Positions 15,210 through 21,384 of a stretch of 28,401 nucleotides of DNA are shown in pieces. The DNA comes from a virus. Taxonomy: Duplodnaviria > Caudoviricetes. Positions within the stretch are counted from its first letter, which is position 1. Every line of letters begins with the position of its first letter. The stretch is from the IMG/VR virus record IMGVR_UViG_3300014202_000755, positions 1 to 28,401 of that record. One strand, written 5' to 3'. Made by a program: the position numbers and the translations under genes. The notes beneath the pieces are model-generated. The model saw nothing but the letters and a program-made list of their open reading frames with translations. It did no database searches and was not told the DNA's origin.

Positions 15210-16283
15210 TTAGGCGACCGCGGCCGAGATCAGGTAGCCGGCGTTGATCGCGGCGGCGACCGGCTGCAGCTCGTCGGTGACCGGGTAGATCCAGCTCTTG
15301 GCGTTGCGGTCCTGGTAGGGCTGCTCGACGATCGGGAAGCCGCGCAGGCGGTAGGTGTAGCCGTAGCTGGGCAGACCGGCGTCCTGCAGGCTGCCGAGTT
15401 CGGTGTAGGCGACCACCACGTACTTGCCCCAGACATCCAGGACCGCGCCGGCGGCGTCCTCGTAGATCGCATCACCGACCACCACGCGCTTGACATCCCA
15501 CAGCGTGGCGAGCATGTCGAGCGTGACGGAATCGCGGCCGGTGTACTTGATGCGGTCGATGATGGCCGGGTGGGTTTTCAGCGACGCCCACACCTTCGGG
15601 CCGAGCACCACGGTATTGGGCCGCTTGCCGACGGCCGCGCGCACCGCCTCGATGGCGGTCTGGATGTCCTTCGACGGATTGGAGACGCCGGAGGTCTGGT
15701 CGGACCACTGGCTGGTGCCGGCGAGCGTGGTCTTGTTGGCGGCCTGGTAGCTGGCGGCCGTAGTGGCGAGCGCGGCAGCGGCGACCTCGTTGGCGAGCTG
15801 GATGATGTTCTGCGTCTTCATCACCGCGACGCGGCCCATATCGATGCCCGGCACGGCGCTGGCTTCCTGCATGTGCTCGAAGGGCACCTGGCCTTCGAGA
15901 CTGAACTGCGCCAGGGAGAAGGGGGTGCCGCTGTAGCCGAACTGCACGCGCTTGGTGGCGGCGCCCGGCGCGCGCGCGGTGTTGTAGAGGCGGAAGTCCT
16001 CGCGATTGAACTGGATGATCTTGCCGCCGCGCTGATCGACCGGCACCACCGGGAAGAGCACGGGAAAGATCAGCTCGCTGTTCTGATAGCCCTGGGCGAC
16101 AGTGGAGAGGATCGGGTCGATGACGCGCGCCTGGGCGTTGGACATCTGCGTCATGCCGATGGCGCCCAGGAGCAGGTGCTCGGGGCCCAGGGTGTCAAGA
16201 GGGCCGACGTAGCCGAGGGCGGAAGCGATGACCAGCGCAAACGCGGCGAGGGTCATGAAGAGGTGCTGGCGGGACAGTTTCAT
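15210..16283 (-). CDS. Major capsid protein (resembles B3-type Mu-like capsids) with hydrophobic N-terminal leader
   Basis: ARVIDPILSTVAQGY...LFPVVPV...YNTARAPGAATKRVQFGY; follows protease and cement genes; AGGAGA SD before Met1. Confidence 0.9.
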   Translation of the reverse strand: MKLSRQHLFMTLAAFALVIASALGYVGPLDTLGPEHLLLGAIGMTQMSNAQARVIDPILSTVAQGYQNSELIFPVLFPVVPVDQRGGKIIQFNREDFRLYNTARAPGAATKRVQFGYSGTPFSLAQFSLEGQVPFEHMQEASAVPGIDMGRVAVMKTQNIIQLANEVAAAALATTAASYQAANKTTLAGTSQWSDQTSGVSNPSKDIQTAIEAVRAAVGKRPNTVVLGPKVWASLKTHPAIIDRIKYTGRDSVTLDMLATLWDVKRVVVGDAIYEDAAGAVLDVWGKYVVVAYTELGSLQDAGLPSYGYTYRLRGFPIVEQPYQDRNAKSWIYPVTDELQPVAAAINAGYLISAAVA

Positions 16284-16335
16284 TGAAGTCTCCTGGTGGC
16301 GAAGGGGGTTGTGTCTGGCGCGAAGGGGCTGGCGC

Positions 16336-16680
16336 TTAGGCGACGTTGGGGATGAGCAGCACCTCGATCAACTGGCCCGCAGCGCCGGCCGCCTCCAGGG
16401 CGAGGCCGACCTTGGCGCCGGCGGATGCCCAGGTGATGGCGCGGCCGGAGGCGTCGGACTTCACCGTGGCGCCGGCGGCGACTGCCGCGCCGGCCTCGAC
16501 GATGGCGGTGCCGAGGACATCGACGGTGATCTTGTCGGCGGCGACGGCGGCCTGGCGGCAGACGCCGAGCGTGTTGGCGTCGGCGCCGGCCTGGGCGGCG
16601 GCGGGGGTGACGAAGCGGTTGGCGGCGATGGCGCCGGCCGCGACGGCGGTCAGGGACAGGACGGGGATGGACTGCTGCAT
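16336..16680 (-). CDS. Capsid cement/decoration protein (DUF2190-like)
   Basis: 114 aa, Ala/Gly-rich: LGTAIVEAGAAVAAGATVKSDASGRAI...ALEAAGAAGQLIEVLL; AAGGAG SD. Confidence 0.85.
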   Translation of the reverse strand: MQQSIPVLSLTAVAAGAIAANRFVTPAAAQAGADANTLGVCRQAAVAADKITVDVLGTAIVEAGAAVAAGATVKSDASGRAITWASAGAKVGLALEAAGAAGQLIEVLLIPNVA

Positions 16681-16690
16681 GAGCGGCTCC

Positions 16691-17185
16691 TTAGCTGTTG
16701 AGGGAGACAGCCTTGACGGCCGTCAGGTAGTCGGTCTTGTGCTGCGCCTGGTGCGCCAGCGCCTTGCGGTGCGTCGCGGCCGAGGCGCCGTCGACGGAGT
16801 AGCCCACCGGCGCGGCGAATTCGGCCGTGGCGGCAGTGCCGGCGCCGGCGCGCGCCTTGGTGGCGGCCTCGGCGAACTCGACCTGCACGGGCAGCGCGGC
16901 GAGGAGTTCCTTGAAGGCCTCGGCGATCGGTTTCTTCGCGTCGCCCTCGCCGAACTCGACCGGCGCGTCGGCGAGCGCATCGAGCGCGGCGACGGCCACG
17001 CCCTGCTGGGCAGGAGTGAGGCGGCCGGCGGCGACCTGCGTCTCGGCGAACGAGGCGTGGGCGGCGTGGCGGGCGGTGGCGGCGGCCGCTCGCTTTTCAC
17101 TTTCGGTGCGGGCGGCGCCATCGGCGAGTTGCTGCTTGAGCTGGGCGTTCTCGGCCTCCAGCGCGGCCTTCTGTTCAGGGGTCAC
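16691..17185 (-). CDS. Nested in-frame scaffold protein (Mu gpZ-like), 164 aa
   Basis: Perfect AAGGAGG SD ahead of an in-frame GTG at 17185 (VTPEQKAALEAENAQL), at the protease/coiled-coil boundary. Confidence 0.75.
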   Translation of the reverse strand: MTPEQKAALEAENAQLKQQLADGAARTESEKRAAAATARHAAHASFAETQVAAGRLTPAQQGVAVAALDALADAPVEFGEGDAKKPIAEAFKELLAALPVQVEFAEAATKARAGAGTAATAEFAAPVGYSVDGASAATHRKALAHQAQHKTDYLTAVKAVSLNS

Positions 17186-17809
17186 TGCGGCCTCCTTGGT
17201 GAGGGGTGGTTCGGAAAAAGCGGAAATCGGCGCGGCGTCGGCGCGGGCGGCGTCTTCGAGCGTGCCGATGGAGTAGTCGGGGATGACGGTGTCGGCCTTC
17301 TCCAGGCCGAACTGCGCGATGAGGAAGTCGCGCATGCGCCGCCACAGGCCGGCGTTCTGCTGCGCGGCCCAGTCGGCGAACTCGACGACGCCCTCCTCGT
17401 CGGCGGCGAACTCGGGCGAGCGCAGGCCCTTCACGGCCGGCGGCACGGCGCCGAGGAAGCCGATATGGCGCAGGTACCACACGCCGGGCACCGGGTTCTG
17501 TGGCGAAGTCGGCGAAAAGAAGCTGGCGGAAACCTTCTTGAAGCGGCCGGCGGCGACCATTTCGCCGAAGGCCGGCTCGACCTGGTGCGGGGACGCCTCC
17601 AGGGCGCCAGCGAAGGCAAGCGACTTCGCCCAGCCGTAGGCCGGGGCATCGAGCTTCGGGTGGCCGACGACGATGGGCGCCTCGTGTTTCGAGGGGTCGT
17701 AGGCGGCTGCGCAGGCGGCGAGATCGGCCTCGGTGAAGTCGAGCACGTCGCCGCTCATGGCGACGTGCCGGCCGGGCCGGAAAATCTGGATCGGTTTCGG
17801 ATCGTTCAT
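16691..17809 (-). CDS. Prohead protease/scaffold (Mu gpI-like)
   Basis: IQIFRPGRH...YDPSKHEAPIVVGHP...PAYGW...FKKVSASF...YLRHIGFLGAVPPAVKGL followed by a helical C-terminus. Start placed at 17809 from promoter spacing. Confidence 0.92.
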   Translation of the reverse strand: MNDPKPIQIFRPGRHVAMSGDVLDFTEADLAACAAAYDPSKHEAPIVVGHPKLDAPAYGWAKSLAFAGALEASPHQVEPAFGEMVAAGRFKKVSASFFSPTSPQNPVPGVWYLRHIGFLGAVPPAVKGLRSPEFAADEEGVVEFADWAAQQNAGLWRRMRDFLIAQFGLEKADTVIPDYSIGTLEDAARADAAPISAFSEPPLTKEAAVTPEQKAALEAENAQLKQQLADGAARTESEKRAAAATARHAAHASFAETQVAAGRLTPAQQGVAVAALDALADAPVEFGEGDAKKPIAEAFKELLAALPVQVEFAEAATKARAGAGTAATAEFAAPVGYSVDGASAATHRKALAHQAQHKTDYLTAVKAVSLNS

Positions 17810-17816
17810 GCCCGGC

Positions 17817-17865
17817 ATGCTGCCGGGCGCGCGCGACCCGCGTCAGGGGGACGTGGGTCGGGGGT
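17817..17865 (-). promoter_or_regulatory. Late promoter copy 2 (head operon, PI equivalent)
   Basis: ACCCCCGACCCacgTCCCCCTG-N21-CAGCAT-N7-ATG. Confidence 0.85.
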
Positions 17866-18573
17866 CTAGCGGAGAGCGGACTTGCCGAGGTTTTCTGGCA
17901 GCAGCAGGGCGCCACGCGGCACGAACGCCGCCGCTGATGTAGCCCGCTCGGCAACGCGATTCATGGCGGCATTGTAATCGCTTGCCGCCTGGTCGAGCGC
18001 GGCACGCGCCGCCTTGGCCTCGGTAACCAGGTTGTCGGCAATCCCGGTCTGGATCGAGGCGGCGCCGGAGGCGCCGAGCGCGGAGACGTAGGCGGCGTCC
18101 CCGCCACGGCCGGCCGCGATCCTGTCGCGCTCAACCTCCATGACGCCGACGGAACGCTTCGCGGCGTCGGCCATACGGTTGGCGCCCGCAATGGCCGCGT
18201 TAAAAACCGCGCGGCGCCGCAGCATGTTTTGAACCTCGCGCAACGCGGTCTCGGCGGCATCGAGGTAGCCGGAGACGGCGGCCATGCGTGCTTCGTTGCG
18301 CGCCGGCTTCGCCATCCTGATTTGCAGCCTGAGCTTGCCGACCTCGGCGGCATGCCCGGCCGCCTTGGCGATCAGGTCGCCCTGCGTGATGCCCTTGTCG
18401 TCGGAGAAGTAGCCAATCGCATCGAACAGGCGCTCCGTTGCTTCGCGGGCGACCTTTTCGGCCAGCTTCGCCTCGGCGCGGTCCTCGATGTACCAGTTGC
18501 CGGCAAAAAGCAGTCCGGCCACGGCAAGGGCCGCGGGGATGAACCATTTCAGACGATCGAGCCAAGCGTTCAC
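17866..18573 (-). CDS. Accessory membrane-anchored helical protein, 235 aa
   Basis: One N-terminal hydrophobic helix (WFIPAALAVAGLLFAGNWYI) then Ala-rich coiled coil. GTG at 18573 lies 7 nt after a -10 box. Confidence 0.72.
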   Translation of the reverse strand: MNAWLDRLKWFIPAALAVAGLLFAGNWYIEDRAEAKLAEKVAREATERLFDAIGYFSDDKGITQGDLIAKAAGHAAEVGKLRLQIRMAKPARNEARMAAVSGYLDAAETALREVQNMLRRRAVFNAAIAGANRMADAAKRSVGVMEVERDRIAAGRGGDAAYVSALGASGAASIQTGIADNLVTEAKAARAALDQAASDYNAAMNRVAERATSAAAFVPRGALLLPENLGKSALR

Positions 18574-18580
18574 GGGCGGG

Positions 18581-18609
18581 ACATTACACGCCCGACGGCG
18601 ACTTGACAA
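18581..18609 (-). promoter_or_regulatory. Sigma70-type promoter TTGTCA-17-TAATGT
   Basis: -35 at 18609-18604 and -10 at 18586-18581, pointing at the membrane protein gene. Confidence 0.65.
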
Positions 18610-18631
18610 CGCCATGATGTCCGCGCAGAAT
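18603..18631 (+). promoter_or_regulatory. Sigma70-type promoter TTGACA-17-CAGAAT
   Basis: Consensus -35 at 18603-18608, 17-bp spacer, -10 at 18626-18631. Confidence 0.78.
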
Positions 18632-18684
18632 CGTCGACACTAAATCTCAGCGGAAGCCGCACCCGTCAGACACGCGGCGTCTGC

Positions 18685-18711
18685 CGCCCCATTTAGGGGC
18701 GTTTTGCTTTT
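18685..18711 (+). terminator. Leader terminator/attenuator
   Basis: CGCCCC-ATTTA-GGGGCG followed by TTTTGCTTTT, between the promoter and the cloverleaf RNA. Confidence 0.6.
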
Positions 18712-18713
18712 AA

Positions 18714-18791
18714 GGCGGGCCGAGAGCCGGGAATACAACACCCTTCGGGGAAACAACGGCCGGGCTCCTGAGAGCCCAGTTGAGGCCCGCC
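18714..18791 (+). ncRNA. c4/CI-like antisense RNA (cloverleaf)
   Basis: Closing stem GGCGGGCC/GGCCCGCC; arm GCCG..CCC-TTCG-GGG..CGGC; arm GGGCT-CCTGAG-AGCCC. CTCCTGAGA is complementary to TCTCAGGAG at 18809-18817 and partly to TCTCAG at 18645-18650. Confidence 0.75.
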
Positions 18792-18822
18792 ACCCACTAC
18801 AAACTTAATCTCAGGAGATAAC

Positions 18823-19107
18823 ATGGCTACGAATCAAAACCTCGCAACACCCGCAGCACAAGCCACGGAGAAGCCCTCGGCCGTGGAAATCCTCAACCTG
18901 CTCTCCCTGGCGCTCTCCAAGGACGTCCCATCGAGCGACCATCAAGTTCTCATCCACGCCCACGTGGCCCTGGATCAGGCCTGGCACCGCGGCTACAAGC
19001 GCGGTCGCGAAGAGGGTTATCAAGCGGGTCTGATTGCGGCCGGGCAGGCCGAGACGGTCGCCGCGCTGGTGATCGAGGGGATGTGCCGGCGCGAAGGGGG
19101 GCGGTGA
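18823..19107 (+). CDS. Hypothetical protein, 94 aa; first gene after the c4-like RNA
   Basis: AGGAGA SD; coupled to the next ORF by TGATG. Confidence 0.78.
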   Translation: MATNQNLATPAAQATEKPSAVEILNLLSLALSKDVPSSDHQVLIHAHVALDQAWHRGYKRGREEGYQAGLIAAGQAETVAALVIEGMCRREGGR

Positions 19108-19277
19108 TGAAGCCCACCACCGTCATCCGGATGCTTTCCGGCATCATCGCCCTTCTGCACGCGGCCGTGCTGGCCGCCCCGGCCCCACGGGCGACAGCGG
19201 CCGCACTAAGGGCGCTGGCCGCCGAGGCGCAGCGCGTCGCGGCGAAACTTGAAAGAATCGCCGGAGGTGCGATATGA
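19107..19277 (+). CDS. Hypothetical protein, 56 aa, hydrophobic N-terminus
   Basis: MKPTTVIRMLSGIIALLHAAVLAAP...; TGATG and ATGA overlaps on its two sides. Confidence 0.6.
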   Translation: MKPTTVIRMLSGIIALLHAAVLAAPAPRATAAALRALAAEAQRVAAKLERIAGGAI

Positions 19278-19468
19278 GCGCAACCGTCATCCCCTTCCCC
19301 GCAAAGCCTGACGTGGCCGAAGACGATCCGCGCCTTGCCCGCGTGCGCGAACTCCTCGCAGAGGCGAAACCGGCCGTCGAGCCGGAAATGCTCAAGATAT
19401 TGCGCCGCATCGACCGCCGCCTGGCGCGGCTCGGCACATTTGAAATCGGAGATCAACATGGAAAATGA
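19274..19468 (+). CDS. Hypothetical protein, 64 aa
   Basis: GGAGG SD; MSATVIPFP N-terminus of a kind common in small phage proteins. Confidence 0.7.
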   Translation: MSATVIPFPAKPDVAEDDPRLARVRELLAEAKPAVEPEMLKILRRIDRRLARLGTFEIGDQHGK

Positions 19469-19760
19469 CGAGAGCAGCAAGACGCGGCTGACGCCGCGCG
19501 AGAGGGCGGCGACCCGCCCCAAGTCGGCGCAGCTTGCCATCGCCGCGTATTGCTATCACGTGTGCATGGGCGAAGAAGCGCAGAATTCACACACAACCAA
19601 GCTCATGATCAAGGAGTGTGCGAAGACAGATTGCCCGCTTTGGCCGCACAGGGGGTGGCGAAAAATAACCGGCGGGAATGTCGGTAAAAAGCATTGGAAG
19701 CACAAGCAGCCGGATAGCCCATTAGCGCAAGGCCCAATACCCGGCGTTAAAAAGCCGTAA
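19458..19760 (+). CDS. Putative zinc-binding protein, 100 aa
   Basis: GGAGA SD and ATG at 19458; AIAAYCYHVC...ECAKTDCPLWPHR (Cx3C...Cx4C). Confidence 0.72.
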   Translation: MENDESSKTRLTPRERAATRPKSAQLAIAAYCYHVCMGEEAQNSHTTKLMIKECAKTDCPLWPHRGWRKITGGNVGKKHWKHKQPDSPLAQGPIPGVKKP

Positions 19761-19843
19761 AAAACACCGTGGCGCGGCTGTAGCGCCCCAAGGTATAGCA
19801 CGGTAGCACAAGGCTATCAAAACCCGCCCAGGAGGCCTGTAAT

Positions 19844-19879
19844 GCGGCCGGAGCCAAAAGCTCCGGCCGCTTGTTTTTT
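19844..19879 (+). terminator. Intrinsic terminator closing the + strand island operon
   Basis: GCGGCCGGAGC-CAAAA-GCTCCGGCCGC 11-bp perfect stem then TTGTTTTTT, convergent with gene G. Confidence 0.85.
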
Positions 19880-20399
19880 ACCCCCCGGCCAGGAAACCGG
19901 CCACGGTTTCGAGGATGTCGGCCTTGTCCTCGGCCGAAACACCAAGGAAGGGCCGGGCGGGGATGGCGCCCCAAGGGGCCTTGCCGAACTGGCGGGCGGC
20001 GGCGCCGAACTGCTGCACGGCGGCCTGGATGCGGTTGGAGCCGATCTGCACGGCGTTGCCGCCGGCCTGGTAGACGATCTGATTGCCGAGCAGGCGGGTG
20101 GCGCCGACGAGGGGCTTCTTGGCGCCGGCGAGCGTGGCGCCTTTCTTGCTGAGGCCGCCGCCTTTTTTGCGCGTGCCGGATCTGGCAGCGAGATACCGCG
20201 CGATGGTCACCGGGCTGTTCGGCGCCCAGGCGCTGCCGTCTGGCGCCCGGCTCGTTTCGAACCGCCGCCGGGTGCTCTCGGCCAGGCTCTCGCCGATGGC
20301 CTTGAGCGCGGGGCTCGGGCTGCCGGCGCGTCGGAGCAGGCGGGCGAGCGCCGCCTGCAGCTCGGCGTCGTCGATGCGGATCGAGAGCGGCTCCGTCAC
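19878..20399 (-). CDS. Virion morphogenesis protein (Mu gpG-like)
   Basis: GTGA-coupled start; STRRRFETSRAPDGSAWAP...AAVQQFG...IPARPFLGVS signature. Confidence 0.92.
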   Translation of the reverse strand: MTEPLSIRIDDAELQAALARLLRRAGSPSPALKAIGESLAESTRRRFETSRAPDGSAWAPNSPVTIARYLAARSGTRKKGGGLSKKGATLAGAKKPLVGATRLLGNQIVYQAGGNAVQIGSNRIQAAVQQFGAAARQFGKAPWGAIPARPFLGVSAEDKADILETVAGFLAGG

Positions 20400-21190
20400 T
20401 TGAGCACCTGTGCGGCGTAGGCGGCGAGCGCGGCGCGGATCTTCGGCGTGAGGCGCACGAGCTTCTCGCGCACGAGATCCGCCAGGCTGCGGTCGGCGCG
20501 GTCGCCGGGCATGTAGTCGAAACCCTTGTCGATGCCGGCCGGCAGGCCGGTTTTCGGGTCTTCGCCATCGTCGGGGGCCTCCTCGACGATGCGGGCGCCG
20601 AGACGCTCGGCCTGGGCGCGGCTGACGGCGATGACGCGGCATTGGCAACCCCAGCCGTTGGGCGGGTAGTGCTGCCGGAACCATTCGTGGTCGGCGGGCA
20701 GCGTGAGCCGGTTCCAGGAGACGTGCAGCGGGCGCGGGTGCAGGACGGAATCCGAGTGCTTGTACATCCAGTAGGGGCGCAGGCGCCGGAGATCCGGGTC
20801 GCGCAACTGCTTGAGCCGGCCGGCGGCATAGGACGTGGCGAGGTTGGTCATGTAGATGGTGCGCGTGCGCCAGGCGCGGCCGGCGTCGGTGTCTTCGCCG
20901 GTCCAGCCGTGCCAGCCGTGGCGTTCGACGATCTCGTCGAAGTCTTCACGGAAGCGCTCCAGGGTGGTGCCGTCGGCGATGGCGCGATCGACGGCGTCTT
21001 TCAGATCCTGCAGGAGATCCGCCTTCTGGGCGCCGGCGACGATGAAGGCGCGGTCGTGGGCAGACCGCTGAATGTCGTCCCAGCGCCCGCTGGGCAGGTT
21101 GTGTTTCCTGCGGAAGAAGTCGACCTGCTCCCGGAAAGGCAGGCGCGCGCTGGTGACGGCCTGGCCGTCCGGCGTGAGGTCAAGCGCCAC
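20396..21190 (-). CDS. Head morphogenesis protein (Mu gpF-like)
   Basis: PFREQVDFFRRK...HDRAFIVAGA...TIYMTNLATSYAAGR...YPPNGWGCQCRV. Confidence 0.93.
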   Translation of the reverse strand: MALDLTPDGQAVTSARLPFREQVDFFRRKHNLPSGRWDDIQRSAHDRAFIVAGAQKADLLQDLKDAVDRAIADGTTLERFREDFDEIVERHGWHGWTGEDTDAGRAWRTRTIYMTNLATSYAAGRLKQLRDPDLRRLRPYWMYKHSDSVLHPRPLHVSWNRLTLPADHEWFRQHYPPNGWGCQCRVIAVSRAQAERLGARIVEEAPDDGEDPKTGLPAGIDKGFDYMPGDRADRSLADLVREKLVRLTPKIRAALAAYAAQVLK

Positions 21191-21383
21191 GGATGGCCTG
21201 CCTTACCCGCGCCGGCGGGTGGCCGAAATGGAAGCCGTTGCAGAAGGCGCAGCGGTAGGGCGTGAGCCAGTCGAGCACGCCGCGCCGGCGCAGCGCGAGG
21301 ATGCCTCGCCGCGCGGCCGCTTCCGTGTCGTAGCGCTGCTTGCCCTTGCAGGCCTTGCGGCGGATGGCGCGCCTGGAGGCCAT
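21180..21383 (-). CDS. Small basic zinc-finger-like protein, 67 aa
   Basis: CKGKQRY...YRCAFCNGFHFGH; ATG at 21383 just after the portal stop. Confidence 0.65.
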   Translation of the reverse strand: MASRRAIRRKACKGKQRYDTEAAARRGILALRRRGVLDWLTPYRCAFCNGFHFGHPPARVRQAIRGA

Positions 21384-21384
21384 C

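Noticed and set aside
16284-16335. Short direct repeats (GCGAAGGGG twice) before the capsid gene
   Set aside because: Only 9 bp in GC-rich DNA with no structure or further copies noticed.
16346-17869. 507-aa + strand ORF
   Set aside because: Antisense to the protease and cement genes.
18714-18791. tRNA interpretation of the cloverleaf
   Set aside because: No T-loop GTTCRA, D-loop or 7-nt anticodon arm; complementarity to flanking sites fits a c4-like RNA.
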